Made by a program: the position numbers and the translations under genes
Source of the DNA: the human T2T-CHM13v2.0 reference genome, Homo sapiens
Assembly: GCA_009914755.4 (NCBI GenBank)
Contig: CP086569.2
Location: forward strand, 20,832,001 to 20,896,000
DNA length: 64,000 bases
Direction: 5' to 3'
Notes under the pieces: generated by a model
What the model was told of the DNA's origin: nothing
The model's database searches: none
The model's input: the letters and a program-made list of their open reading frames with translations, nothing else
Shown: positions 16,490 to 31,099 of the stretch, piece after piece
How positions within the stretch are numbered: position 1 is the stretch's first letter
Layout of the letters: each line of letters begins with the position of its first letter

Positions 16490-19400
16490 TTAATGCATAA
16501 TAATTGTATATATGTATGGAGTACATGCAATATTTTGATACATACATAAAATATGTAATGATCAGGTTAGGGTATTTAGAATATCCACCACATCAAATAT
16601 TTATCATTTCATTGTGTTGAAAACTTAAAATCTTCTCTTCTAACTATTTTAAAATATACAACATATTGTTATTAACTATAGTCACCCTATACTGCTATCA
16701 AACATTAGAGTTTATTCCTTCTATCTAACTATATGTTAGTACCCATTAACCCATCTCTGTTTACCACCCCCAACTTCACACAACCCTCCCAGTCTCTGGT
16801 AATTATCACTCTATTCTGTCTACTTTTCTGAGATCAATTATTTTAGCATCCACATATGAGTTACAACATTTAATATTTGTCTTTGTGTGCCTGGTTTAAT
16901 TCACTTCACATAATGACCTCCCTTTCCAGTTATGTTGATGGACACTTCATTTGATTTCATGTTACACTGTTGTGAACAATGCCACAAAAAAGCATGGAAG
17001 CACAGGTATTTATTTGATGTATTGACTTCCTTTGCAGTAGATATCTAGCAATGAAATTGTTGAATTGAATAGTAATTCTATTTTCATTTTTTTAGGAATC
17101 TTCATATTGTTTTCCACAGTGGCTGCATTAGTTTAAGTTTCCACCAACAGTATTTTAGAGTTCCCATTTCTCTCATCCTTACCAAGATTTTTTGTTCCTT
17201 GTCTGTAATAAAACCATTCTGATTGGGGTAAGGTGATAACCCATTGTGGTTTTTGATTTTGCATTTCCATGATGATTAGTAATGTTGACTGTGTTTCATA
17301 TGCCTGTTTGCCATTTGCACATTTTCTCTTTATAAAAGTCTATTAATATATTTTGCCCTGCTTTTAATGAGTTTTTTTATGTTAACATATATAAGATCTT
17401 TGTATATTTTGGATGTTTAGTGCCCTAAGAGATAAGTAGGTTGTAAACATTTCCTCTCATTTAACAGAAAGTCTTTCACTCTATTGGTTATTTCTTTTGC
17501 TGTGCAAAACTTTTTAATTTAAGTCCCATTTGTCAATTTTCATTTTTCTCTCCTGTGCTTTTGAGGTCTTAGTCACAATTTCCTCCTCTAGGCCAACATC
17601 CAAATGTATATTTCTGGGTTTTCTTTTAGTGCTTTAATGTTTCAGGTCTCACATTCCCAAATATTTCATATATCTTGAGTTGATTTATATATATTGTGAG
17701 AGATAAGAGGCACAGGTATTCTTCTGCATGTGGCTATCCAGTTTTCCAGCAATATATATTAGGACGATTTCTTTTACTGAGTTTAAATTCTTATCAGTTA
17801 TGTCAAAGATCACTTAGCTATAAATATCTTTAACTGTTACTTATGGCTGTATTCCTTATTACTAAAAGTAGTCTATGTGTCTATTTTCATACCACTAACA
17901 TGCTGTTTTGGTCACTACAGACTTGTATTTTTGAAGTCAAGTAGTATAATGCCTTTAACATTTTTCTATTTGCTCAAAATTGGTTTGTTTATATGTCCTC
18001 TTTTGCGTTTTATGAGAATTTCAGGATTAAAAAATATTCTGTGAATAATGATGTTGGTATTTTTATAGGGTTGCACTAAGTATACAGCTTGTTTTGGACA
18101 ATGTGATCATTTCAATGATACTTTATCTTTTAGACCATAAGCTTAGTCCATGTTTTCCCAGTTGTTTTTGTCATGTAAAATTTATTTCAACATTTTTTGT
18201 GTATGCAGTTTTCCTTGTATTAATTGTTCACATCCTTTTTAAAATTTAGTCCTAGGTAGTTTAATATTTTGCAGCTATTATGAATGAGATTGACTTCTTG
18301 ATTTCTTTCTCAGCTAGATGACTATTGTATGAAAATGCAAGTTGTTGTAACCTACAATTTTACTGAACTTATTTGTCAAATATAAATTTTTTGTGAAGTC
18401 TTTAGGTGTTTCTGCATTTAAGATCATATTGCCAGAAAAGAGGGACAGTTTGACTTTCTCATTTCTAATTTGGATACTTTTTATTTCCTTCTTTAGCCTG
18501 ATGGCTCTGGCTAATACTCGCAGTGTTGTGGTGAATAGGAGTGATGAACATGGGCATCTTTGTATTGTTCTATTTTTAAGAAGGACATTTAACGTTTTTC
18601 CATTTAGAGTGATGTTGGCTGTGGGTTTGTCATTTATACGCTTTATTATTCAATGTATGTTCCTCTATGTGTACTTGTTGAGTGTTTTTTTATGACAAAG
18701 TGCTGAATTTTATCAAATGCTTTTCCTGTGTCCTTTATTCTGTTGATGTGATATATTATGCTTAGTGATTTGCTTGTGTTGAACCAGTCCTGAATCTATG
18801 GTGTAGATTCCACTTTATCTTCATGCAACACTTTTTGATTTGCTGCTGGATTCTGTTTGGCGATATTTTGTTGAGAATTTTTGTATCTGTGTTCAGCAGC
18901 GATACACAACTGAAGTTGTTGTGCTATTATTATTATTGTTTTATCCTTGTTTGGTTTGGCTATCAGGATGATGCTGGCCTTCTGGAATGAATTGAGAAGA
19001 ATTTTCTCTTCTTTGATCATTTTTCAAATAGTTTCAGTAGAACTGATGTTAGTTCTTCTGTATACATGTTGCAGAATGTGGTGAAGAACCTATCCAATTT
19101 TTGGATTTTATTTGTTGGAAGACTTTTCATTATTGATTCAATCTTCTTACCCATTGTTGGTCTGTTCAGGTTTTCCATTTGTTATTGATTCAGTCTTGTG
19201 TAATTGCATGATTTCAAAAATTTGTTCATTTCTGCTAAACTTTCCAGTTCATTTATGTATGGTTGTTCATCATAGTCTCTGATAACCTCTTTGTATTATA
19301 TCACTTGTAATGTCTTTTTTTTATTTCTGATGTTCTTTATTTGGCTTTTCTTTTTCCTTTTGGTTTGTCTAGCTAGACATTTATCAATTTTCTTTATATT

Positions 19401-20286
19401 TTCAAATTACGTTTTGTTTCAATGTTTTTTTGGTCTCTTTAATTTTAGCTCTACTAAGATTATTTTTATTGCTTTATTCTGCTACATTTGGATTTTTTGT
19501 TCATGCTTTCTAGTTCCTTGAGGAACATTTTTAGATTGTTAATTTATAATATCTTTTTACTTTTTTGTGTAGGTATTTATTGGTATGAATTTTATCCTTT
19601 TAGTATTGCTTTTGCTGTATTGCACAAGTTTCATATATTGTGTTTCCACATTCAATTGTTTCAAGCAATTATTAAATAAATTTTAACAATTTTTTATTAC
19701 TTGGTGGTCATTCAAGAGTATGTTGTTTAACTTTTATGTATTTGTATAGTATAATTTCGAGAGTTTGGGTAGATATTGTTTCTACTTTTATTCTACTGTG
19801 GTATAACAAAAGTATTTGATATGATTTTGACTTTTTAAAATTTACAAAGACTGATGAATGCTGATATATGATCTATCCTGAAGAATGTTTTATGCGCTGA
19901 TTTTAAAAATGCCTATTTTGCAATTGTTGAAAAGAGTGTTCTGTAAATATCTATGTGGTTTAAAATATATCTTAACCCAATATATCTTTATTGATTTTTG
20001 GTATAAATGAGCTGTCTAATGCTGAAGCTGGGGTATTGAAGTTCTCTCAATATTATTGTATTGCAGTATATCTCTCTTCTTAGCCTCTCTTCTTAACACT
20101 GAGTGCTCCAATGTTAGATGCGTGTATGTATTTAAAATTATTACCTTCTCATTTGACTGATTCCATTATTATTAGGTAATAATCTACTTGATTTTTTTTC
20201 TTTCAGCTGTTCTTGATTTGAAGTCTGTTTTATCTGATATGAGTGCAGGTATTTCAATTGACTTTTGGTTTCTATTTGCATGGAAT

Positions 20287-20326
<40 letters not shown>

Positions 20327-23090
20327 CTTTATTTTTAGTCTCTGTGGTAAGGTGAGCTTCTTGTAAAAAGCATATCGATGGGTCATGATTAGTTCAACTC
20401 ATCCAGTCATTCTATGTCTTTTACCTGAAGATTGTAGTCCATTTACATTGAGATTTTCATTAACTGTGAGGTTTATTTCTTGTTATATTAACTATTTTCT
20501 AGGTGTTTATATATTTTCATTATTTTCTTTTTCTCATATTTCTCTCTTTATGGTTTATTGATTTCTGTGGTGACATCATTTGCATCCTTTCTTTTCTTTC
20601 TTTGTGTGACTGCTTTACATGTGAGTTTTACAATTCTGTGTGATTTTATAATGGGTAATGTCATCCTTTACTTCCAGATATAGGACTTCCTGGAAAATTT
20701 CTTGTCGGTCCAGTCTAGTGGTAACAAATTTCTTCAGAATTTCCTTGTCTTGGAAAAACATTATTTATTTTAGGAAGGATATTATTGCTGGGTATTTCAT
20801 TCTTGACTCCCAGTATTTTCTCTCTAAGCACTATGAATATATCATTTTATTATTTTCTGACTGAAACATTTAGGCTCAGAAGTCTGCATTAGTTTGGTGA
20901 TTTTTTTCCCTTTATAGGTAATTAGATGCTTTTCTATTGCTCCCTTTAAGATTCACTCTTTGTATTTTACTTTAGACAAATTATAAAATGTCACAAGTAT
21001 AACTTTTTGCACTGTGTTTACCTGGGAATCATTCAGACTCCTTTATCTGAATATATAAATATATTGATAGACTTGGGAAATCTTTATCTATTATTTTATT
21101 AAATAAAATTTCTAATTTAAAAATTTTCCATTCACCCTTATAATATTAATAATTTGCTTATTTACTTTCTGTACGTTGTCCTATATGTCATGAAGGCTTT
21201 TACTCATTTTTAATTTTTTAAAATTTTATCTAATCATGTTATTTCAAAATACTTGTCTTCGTGTTTCAATATTATTTCTTTTGCTGAGAGAGGCTATTGT
21301 AGTTTTAAAATGCATTTGTATTTTCTTCAATTATTCAGCTTCAGAATTCCTATATTTAATTTTTTAAATTATCTATTTGGTAAAATTCTCATTCATATTC
21401 TTAATTTTTTTCTGATTTGTTTGCATTAATTTTCTGGATTCCCTTGTTTTTCAAGGCTTCTTTAAAAATCAGCATTTTGAATTATTGACCCAGAATTTTG
21501 CAAATTTCATTTTAACTGAAACCTGTTACTTGAAAATTACTGTCTTTGATTAGTGGTGTTACATTTTCTTGTTTGTTATGTTTTCTCTGTCCTTACATTA
21601 ATATCTGCAAATATGGTGTAACAGTCACTTCTTCCAATTTTTTTAAACTACATTCATGGGGAGAATTTTTTCCTGAAGAATGTATATATTTTCTTGGTTG
21701 TATAGAATGATCTAACTTTAATTTTAGGTGCCTGTCATAGTGTGATCTCTGTATAAGTTGTTCAGGAATACACAGGATTAGTTGCATCTGTAATTTTCTC
21801 AGTGACTTTGTGTAGAGACTTGTGGTAAAATTTTGCTGTAGAGTAGAATCCCATGTGGGCAGTCTTTGGGCCCCAGTGGTAGCACCAGTGAGCCGAGTGT
21901 GACTGTTCATTGGTTCCAGAGGGGTTTATGCTGGCACTATACGATCCAGTTGTGGATTTTGTTGGGGGGTGGATTTTTTGACTCAAGGTAGCTTGTTATG
22001 ATAAGATGTAGGTAGTGGCAGTGATAATCCAGGCATATAGGTGATCCTTAGGACTCCTGAGCAACTGATGAGATGGGGTTGATGGCAGGAGCAGTGGTGG
22101 AGCAATTGATTAGAACCCTAGCAATTCATGCTGATATTGGTGGTGGCTGCAGTGGGTTGGGTGGGCCAGTCCTCTGGTCTACCGGTAACATGTACAGATT
22201 GATGTCAACTGGTGGTACTGGCTAGTTGTGTTAGCTTGTCCTTTCATCCAGGGAGGAGTAACTGGGCTGAAAAATTAGTAGGCCCTTGGATGTAATAGGA
22301 GCACAGGAACAGGCCAGCAGACTTGTTCTCAGACCCCTTGGTGGTGCATACAGACACTGACTGTGACTTAAAGAAAATAATATTCTTCAGGACACCAGCA
22401 GAGTGCTCAACTGTCAGCTATGACAGCTGTGCTGCATTGCTGCCACTGGGGAGTGTGAGGCCCCTGTCAGCTAGAGAAGTGTGGGGAGATAAGAGTGGAA
22501 ACTGTGGCCTGCCTTTACTTTGGTCTTGCAGCATCCTACTTCAGTGTGGTATTATTTGTTCTATGTATACATGGGAGTGCTCAGTCTTCCCTATCTTTTC
22601 TCAGACCAGTGACAGCAACAGCAGTGACCATATCATTCTGAACTCAGGACAGAACACAGATTCTGGTAGTTATCTCTCATAGAAATACCAGGCTGAAGCA
22701 ACTCTGGACTCACACGTTTGTGGTACTCTATTTGATCTCTCGTTCTGGAGCAATTTACCTTTGCAATACCTAGGCAGCTGTCTATGTCAGGTGTAATGAC
22801 CACACAAAAGGAGATGTTTTCTCACAGCTAAGATTGTTAAATCTAACGGTGCAAATGTGGAGTTCTTTCTTTTACTTTTTCCTGTGTCTAGTGTCTTCCC
22901 CTAACTCCAAGACAATTGGTTTACTCTCCTTCCTTACTTTTGGTTGTTCCTATTACATCTCTGTTGAGTCTCAATATTCCTTCTTAGATAATCCATTGTA
23001 TGAATATTTATTTGCTATTCGTGTTCTCTTGTGGGAAAAGTGCATACTAGCTGGATCTATTCAGCCATCTTGATTCCCTCTTTTCTCAAG
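16490..23090 (-). mobile_element. Near full-length old LINE-1 (L1PB/L1MA-like), minus orientation, 3' end at the low coordinate and a long 5'UTR at about 21850-23000
   Basis: Positions 16740-17600 are the reverse complement of the L1M 3' region (CTGGTAATTATCACTCTATTCTGTCTACTTTTCTGAGATCAATTATTTTAGCATCCACATATGAGTT ... CCACAGTGGCTGCATTAGTTTAAGTTTCCACCAACAGT). Positions 19000-20500 are reverse-complement ORF2 RT and EN (GATGCTGGCCTTCTGGAATGAATTGAGAAG; TGTTCTGTAAATATCTATGTGGTTTAAAATATATC). Positions 21850-22700 are G-rich sequence typical of reverse-complement old L1 5'UTR. A (GT)20 microsatellite sits at 20294-20333. Confidence 0.75.
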
Positions 23091-24880
23091 TGGGAAAGTA
23101 AAATTTTATCAAATGTTTTATTGTGTATAACGAGATGACCATAAGATTTTTGTCCTTCATTCTGTGGATGTGGTGTATCATATTTATTGATTGGTGTTTG
23201 CTGAACCATTCTTGCATACCTGTAACAAATCTCACTTGATTATGTTGCATAATCTTTTTGATGCACTATTGAATTTTGTTTCCTACTACTACATTGAGGT
23301 TGTTTGTATCTATATTCATCAGGGATAATGGTCTTTAGTTTTCTCTTTTTTATTGTATTCTTGTCCTTTGTTGGTCAAGGTAATACTCACCTCATAAAAT
23401 AAGTTAGGGAGTATTCCTTTCTCCTATTTTGAAATAGTTGGAGGAGAATTGGTTTTACTTCTTTGTAATTTGGTACACTGCAGGAATTAGGCTTTCCAAT
23501 CCTAGAGTTTTTTTGCATTGGAAGACATTTATTATTAATTCAATTGTTATTGATTGTTGGTCTCTTTTGATTTTCTATGTCTCCCTAATTCAATCTTGTT
23601 AGGTTATATATGTGTAAGAATTAATTCCGCTAGTGCTTCCATGTTGTCAATGGATAGCTGCTCATAATAGTTTCTGATAATCCTTTTTATTTTTGTATCT
23701 GTTGTAACTTTTTTTTGTTTTTGATTTTATTTATTTGATTTTTCTTCTTTGTCTTAGTCCAACTAGTGGCTTATCACTTTTTCCGCAAAAAAATTACATT
23801 TTGTTATTTTTAAAATATTTTTTAAGTCACTACTTGGTTCAGTTCTCCTCTGATATTTACTATTTCCTTATTTCTATGTGTTTAGGTTTTCTTTTGTTTT
23901 GCTTTTTAAAGCTGGTTAAAAGTGCATTCTTTGGTTGTTTACTTATTTCTTGTTTGCTTTTTTGATATGAGTATTTATTGTTATAAATTTTCCTCTTAGT
24001 ACTGCTTATGCTACTTGTTACTGTTGTTTGTTCCAAAAATTATTTGAATTTTTCTTATATCTTTATTGACTCAATTGTTGCTCAGAAACATAGAGTTTAA
24101 TTTTTCTATATTTAGATGGATTCCAAAGATCCTTTTGTTATTAATTTATAGTTTTTTCCAATTGTAGTCTGAGAAGATAATTAATATGATTTCATTATTT
24201 CTAATGTTGAGACTTATTTTCTGTCTTAACAAATTATCTATCCTAGAGAATGACCCATGTGCTAATGAGAAAAACTGTATTCTGCAACTGCTAAATAAAA
24301 TGTTCTGTAAAGGTTGGTAGTTCTGTTTGGTCTAAAGTTCAGCTTAAACCAAATTGTACTTTTTGTTTTCTGTCTAGATTTTCTCTCCAATACTGAGAGT
24401 AGAGTGTTAAAGTCTCCAAATATTATTGTACTGGAGTTCATCTCTGTCTTTCAATCTAATAATATTAGCTCTATATATTTGGATGTTTCAGTGTTAGGTG
24501 AAGATATATTTAAAATCGTTATATCATCTTAATGAAGGCTCCTTTTGTATTACATAATGACTTTCTTTTTCTTCTTACTTTTTTTGGCTTACAGTCTGGT
24601 TTACCAGATATAAGCATAGCTACTCCCACTCATTTTTGCTTTTTGTTTGAGTGAAATTTCTTTTTTTTTATTTCTTCACTTTCAGTCAATATGTTCCTTT
24701 AAAAACAAAGTGAATTCCCCATTGGCTGCATATAATTAAGTCCTGTTTTTCATATTATTCAGCCAGTCTACAAATATTGATTGGAGAATTTAATCTATTT
24801 ATACTGGATGTTACTATTGATAGGTTAGGACTTATTTTTGTCTTTTGTTAATTACTTTCTCATTTTCTTATTTTTCCTAC
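23090..24880 (-). mobile_element. LINE-1 fragment covering the reverse complement of ORF2 RT N-terminus through the endonuclease region, minus
   Basis: Collinear with the reverse complement of L1 ORF2: ...TCATATTTATTGATTGGTGTTTGCTGAACCATTCTTGCATACCTGTAACAAATCTCACTTGATTATGTTGCATAATC (reverse complement of the LIHHDQVGFIPGMQGWFN region) ... TGTTCTGTAAAGGTTGGTAGTTCTGTTTGGTCTAAAGTTCAGC ... CTATTTATACTGGATGTTACTATTGATAGGTTAGGACTTATTTTTG. Confidence 0.75.
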
Positions 24881-25698
24881 AACTTTGTTTTAAGTGTAAA
24901 GCATAATATGCAAGATTATTACACGGGGAAAATACATGTTCCTGGGGTTTAATGTATAAATGGGTTCAGCACCCAGTTATTGAGCATAGTGCCTAAGAAG
25001 TTGTAATCATTCTCTTCCTTCCACCCTCTGCCCTCAGTTAGAACCTTGTGTCTATTGATACCTTCTTTGTGTCCATGTGTACTTAAGGTTTATCTCACAT
25101 TTACAAGTTAGAAAATGTAGTATTGGGTTTTCTGTTTTTGCTTAAAATAATGGCCTCCAAAACCTATTCATATTGCCACAAAGACTATGGTTTCATTCTT
25201 TATATGGCTATGCAGTATTTCATGGTATACATGTACCACATTTTCTTTATGCAGTTCACCTTTGATGGAAATCTAAGTTAATTTCTTGTTTTACTTTTAT
25301 GTCTTCAATCTATATTGAGTTAATTTTTGTATGTGGTAAAATATAGGCATCTTGTTTCAATCTTTTGCATATGGTTAGCCAGTTTTCCAGTACCATTTAC
25401 TGAACAGGGAGTTCTCTTCCCATTGCTTGTTATTTGTGACTTTGTCAAAAATCTTAGAGTTATAGATGTGTAGCTTAATTTCTGCGTTCTTTATCCTGTT
25501 TCATTGGTCTTTGTGTCTGTTTTTGTAGCCATACCATACTGTTTTGGTTACTGTAGCCTTGTAGTATAGCTTGTATTTGGGTAGTACCATGCTTCCTCCT
25601 TCACTCTTTTTACTCAGTTTGCTTCAGTAATTCAGACACTTTTTTAATTCTATATTAATTTTGGATTTTTTTGTTTCATAGAAATAGCATTCAATCTG

Positions 25699-25929
<231 letters not shown>

Positions 25930-25950
25930 TTAGAAAAGTTTGTTCTTCCT

Positions 25951-27593
25951 CATTCCATGCTCATGCGTAGGAAGAATCAATATCGTGAAAATGGCCATAC
26001 TGCCCAGGGTAATTTATAGATTCAATGCCATCCCCATCAAGCTACCAATGACTTTCTTCATAGAACTGGAAAAAAACTACTTTAAAGTTCATATGGAAAC
26101 AAAAAAGAGCCCATGTTGCCAAGTCAATCCTAAGCCAAAAGAACAAAGCTGGAGACATCATGCTACCTGACTTCAAACTATACTGCAAGGCTACAGTAAC
26201 CAAAACAGCATGGTACTGGTACCAAAACGGAGACATAGACCAATGGAACAGAACAGAGCCCTCAGAAATAATGCCGCGTATCTACAATTATCTGATCTCT
26301 GACAAACCTGACAAAAACAAGAAATAAGGAAGGATTCCCTACTTAATAAATGGTGCTGGGAAAACGGGCTTGCCATACGTAGAAAGCTGAAACTGGATCC
26401 CTTCTTTACACCTCATACAAAAATTAATTCAAGATGGATTAAAGACTTAAATGTTAGACCTAAAACCATAAAAACCCTAAAAGAACACCTAGGCAATACT
26501 ATTCAGGACATAGGCATGGGCAAGGACTTCATGTCTAAAACACCAAAAGCAATGGAAACAAAAACCAAAATTGACAAATGGGATCTAATTAAACTAAAGA
26601 GCTTCTGCACAGCAAAACAAACTACCACCAGAGGGAAGAGGCAACCCACAGAATGGGAGAAATTTTTTGCAATCCACTCATCTGACAAAGGGCTAATATC
26701 CAGAATCTACAATGAACTCAAACAAATTTACAAGAAAAAAACAAACAACCCCATCAAAAAGTGGGTGAAGGATATGAACAGATACTTCTCAAAAGAAGAC
26801 ATTTATGCAGCCAAAAGACACATGAAAAAAATGCTCATCATCACTGGCCATCAGAGAAATGCAAATCAAAACCACAATGAGATACAAACTCACACCAGTT
26901 AGAATGGTGATCATTAAAAAGTCAGGAAACAACAGGTGCTGGAGATGATGTGGAGAAATAGGAACACTTTTACACTGTTGATGGGACTGTACACTACTAG
27001 TTCAACCATTGTGGAAGAAGGTGTGGTGATTCCTCAGGGATCTAGAACTAGAAATACCATTTGACCCAGCCATCCCATTACTGGGTGTATACCCAAAGGA
27101 TTACAAAACATGCTTCTATAAGGACACATGCGTGCATATGTTTATTGCGGCACTATTCACAATAGCAAAGACTTGAAACCAACCCAGATGTGCAACAATG
27201 ATAAACTGGATTAAGAAAATATGGCACATATACACCATGGAATATTATGCAGCCATAAAAAAGGATGAGTTCATGTCCTTTGTAGGGACATGGATGAAGC
27301 TGGAAACCATCATTCTCAGCAAACTATTGCAAGGACAAAAAAACAAACACTGCATGTTCTCACTCATAGGTGGAAATTGAACAATGAGAACACACAGACA
27401 CAGGAAGGGGTACATAACACACCAGGGCCTGTTGTGGGGTGGCAGGATGGGGGAGGGATAGCATTAGGAGATATACCTAATGTTAAATGACGAGTTAATG
27501 GGTGCAGCACAGCAACATGGCACATGTATACATAAGTTACAAACCTATACGTTGTGCACATGTACCCTACAACTTAAAGTATAATAAAAAAAA
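25951..27593 (+). mobile_element. 5'-truncated young L1PA LINE-1 (ORF2 C-terminal 1.6 kb plus 3'UTR plus poly-A) nested in antisense inside the old L1
   Basis: CATTCCATGCTCATGCGTAGGAAGAATCAATATCGTGAAAATGGCCATACTGCCCAGGGTAATTTATAGATTCAATGCCATCCCCATCAAGCTACCAATG ... plus ORFs [37 protein letters not shown]... and ...[20 protein letters not shown]... It ends GTATAATAAAAAAAA. The TSD TT(T/G)GTTCTTCCT is at 25939-25950 and 27594-27605. Confidence 0.9.
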
Positions 27594-28082
27594 TTGGTTC
27601 TTCCTTTAATGAACATGAACTGTTTCTGTATTTGTTCATGTCATAAGTGATGATTTTCATCATCAGTGTTTTGTAATCCTTTTTAGAAACCATTTACCTC
27701 CCTGTTGACCTGGATCCTTGGATATTTTATTATTTTTGAGGCTATTGCAAATGGAATTGTATTTTTGATTAGGCTCTTAGTTTGAATGTTATTAGTGTAT
27801 AAAAGTGCTGTGATTTTTGTGTGTTGCTTTTGTATGCTGAAACATTGCTGAAGTTGTTTATCAGTTTTAGAAGCCTTGAGGCATAGTCTATTAGGTTTTC
27901 TAGGCATAGAATTATATAATGTAAAAAGAGAGATAGTTTGACTTTCTCTCTTTCTATTTGAATGTGTTATATTCATTTTGTTGCCGATTGTTCTGGCTAG
28001 GACACTCTACCTTTCATTCTGGGTGTAGGTAGTAGTGTATACTTTGTATGATCTAGCTGGCTTTCAGCAGCATCAGTGGTAA

Positions 28083-28425
<343 letters not shown>

Positions 28426-29699
28426 TAATAGCGTTACTAGGCATTTTGGTACTTTGATCCCAAAAGTGGGTAAACCACACCTGTCCTTTGGACCACAGAG
28501 CATCCAGTGGTGTATGTTGACACCATTGTTAGAGAGGCCAGGATGGCCGATTCTTGGGCCTACATGCAACTTGTTCTGGTGACAACATTGGCAGCAGCGA
28601 ACTGAACAGATGGGTGGGTTCCCACACCCCTGGGCATTCTGTGTGGCATGAAAAATGGCTGTTGTGGTGAGACATTCCCTGTAATTTCAGGTGACGCATG
28701 CTGGTTTAAGTTGTGATAGTAACAAGCTAAGTGGGCCAGGGTCTAGGCCCCAAGGAGACATGTGTGAATGGGTGCCCATAGTGATTGTAGGAGTAGGCTC
28801 AAGCAGCTGATAGCTTGATTCTTTGTGAAACCCTCTGACGGTATGTGTACAGGTACTGTGTGACAGATAGGAAAGGCTTCACAACTGTATGTAGTGTGTT
28901 TACGTATTGTAATGGATTGGTGGTTGGTGGGATTAACCTAACTTCAGGCCTCTTAATAATGAACACAGGTGAAGGCTGTAATGGTTAGGGCAAGGCAATT
29001 CTCTGAATCATGAGTGGAGTGTCAGGTGGTGGAAGCATCACTTGTAGTTGTGGGTGGGGAGACTCTTCTCAGGGCACGTATAATGACATGGTGATTTTGC
29101 TGTGGGTGGAGCAATATGGCTGTCAGTGATACTGGTCTCAGACTCTGGGGAACATATATTTTGGCTTATTTTGGCTCAACCGTGTTCTCCTTAGTACACT
29201 GCAACTCTAATTTCTCAGGGTGTAGGATAGTGTGTGCTAGAGTGCTGGGGAACAGGCCACACATCTGGGTGAAACTAATATTATAACACTGTAGCCCTCC
29301 ATATAGACAGAGAGGATGTCAGTGTGATTCCAGACATATGGAGAGGCAGTTACTGTTGAATTTCAGGGCAAGATGCAGTCTAGAAAAAGCTGGGCTGTCA
29401 AAATGGTGCCATGCTGCAGCTCCTGTGTGTCAGAGGGATTGTGGCACCCAGTGTGAGCTCTCTTTCTGAAAGAATAATGTTACACAGACTCCAGAGAGCT
29501 ATTTATACTAGGCTCAGGGCCTGTGAGAGTGGGATGGTTTGATATAGCTAGGTTGCTGGAATCCATGTGGAAATGGGTGTGGCTAGGGATCTCTCAATTA
29601 TGCTTTATCCAAAATGAGAAGGTTCTTTTATCTCCAAGTAAATCCTGATTGTCTCATTTTTCTTTCCTCCTGTGCCTTAGGTATTTCTTGTCACTTTTC

Positions 29700-30270
29700 T
29701 CCAGAATTCAAGTGTTCTCTTTAAGATGCTCTATTTAAACTGTAATTATTGTAATTATTGTTTTGGCTCTTTGTAGAGGAGGTGTCTGTTGCTTCTTGTA
29801 AAGAACTATGATGCCTCCCTGTTTATTCCATGTGTTTCAGATCTACAACATGATGCTTTGATTTATATATACATTGTGAAATAATTACTACAGTCAAGCA
29901 ATGATTGTATTTATAATCTCATGAAGTTATCTTATTTTGTTGATTGGATATAACATTTATTACATTAGCAAATATCTAAAATATTAAAAAATTAACTATA
30001 GTCTTCATGCTGTACCTTAAATTTCTTTACTTATTTATCCTACATAACTATAACTTTGTGCTCTTTACCTATGGCTTCATAACCTCTACCCACACCTGGT
30101 AGCAACCATTCTACTGTCTATTTATTCAATATTTCTTCAGTTTCTGTATGTAATGGAAATCATGCAGCATTTGTTTCTGTGTTGGGCTTAATTTACTTAG
30201 CTTAATTTTCTCCAGGCTTATGTATTTTGTAAAAAATGACAGGATTTACTTATTGATTAGGGATGAATAA
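29700..30270 (-). mobile_element. L1M-type LINE-1 3'-end fragment, minus orientation
   Basis: CCCACACCTGGTAGCAACCATTCTACTGTCTATTTATTCAATATTTCTTCAGTTTCTGTATGTAATGGAAATCATGCAGCATTTGTTTCTGTGTTGGGCTTAATTTACTTAGCTTAATTTTCTCCAGGCTTATG ... AATGACAGGATTTACTTATTGATTAGGGATGAATAATATTTGATTATATG is collinear with the reverse complement of the old L1 3' region (GGTAACCACTATTCTACTCTCTGTTTCTATGAGTT...GCAAATGACAGGATTTCCTTC...GGCTGAATAATATTCCATTGTGT). Confidence 0.55.
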
Positions 30271-31024
30271 TATTTGATTATATGAAAAGCCTTCAAAAAG
30301 ATCATGTAAAATGTATATTATTTTAAATCTACACATGAATTTCAAAAACGTTTGCCCCAAATACATGAGTACTATCTTATTATAACACAACTGAACAATA
30401 TTTAGTTTAAGGTACTAAGAAGTGTAGTATATTGGTTTGAAAAGAGTCCCTGTCAGAGCAACATCAATTCTGTGAAAACTGAAACAAAAACAAATATCAA
30501 ATTTATAGTGAAGCTTGAATGAAGGAATAATACAATCATTGATGCTTCAAAAAAGTTTTCTATCTGTTAAAATTATTTGAATAAATGTTTTAGGATCTTC
30601 ATCCCACTTATTTAAAATTTTTATTGAATGCTCTTCTCTTATTGTTAGCTGACCTCGGTACAACAGTTTGGGACCTCATTCAATTAGAAGGTTTGCTCAA
30701 CTTTAATTTTTTAGTCAAAATTTAGTAAGTTAAAGTAGTTGAGATGTCTGTGATGTTGGCCGTTGTGTCTGACGTTAATCATCCGTTCTTTTTAGGACAT
30801 TATAAAGATTAATTTTTTTCTTGAAAATATGTGTGGATGGTCGGCTGCTAGAGGGTTAATTTTTAACATCTGATTTCTTCTTAAAATGAGATATGTTTGT
30901 AAACTGCTGATAAGACAACATAAAAATATATAAATTGTGATATCAAAAATTTTAAATATGTGAGGGAGTAAAAGTGTAAAGTTTTTGTATGTAATCAAAG
31001 TTCAGTTGTTATCAGCTTAAAGTA

Positions 31025-31090
31025 GCCTCTTTTAGCAAGGCACAACTCATTCTCAGCCTCTTTTAGCAAAGAACAACTCACTCTCACCAA
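31025..31090. repeat. 2 x 33-bp tandem duplication
   Basis: CCTCTTTTAGCAAGGCACAACTCATTCTCAG / CCTCTTTTAGCAAAGAACAACTCACTCTCAC. Confidence 0.85.
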
Positions 31091-31099
31091 GGGCTCTGG

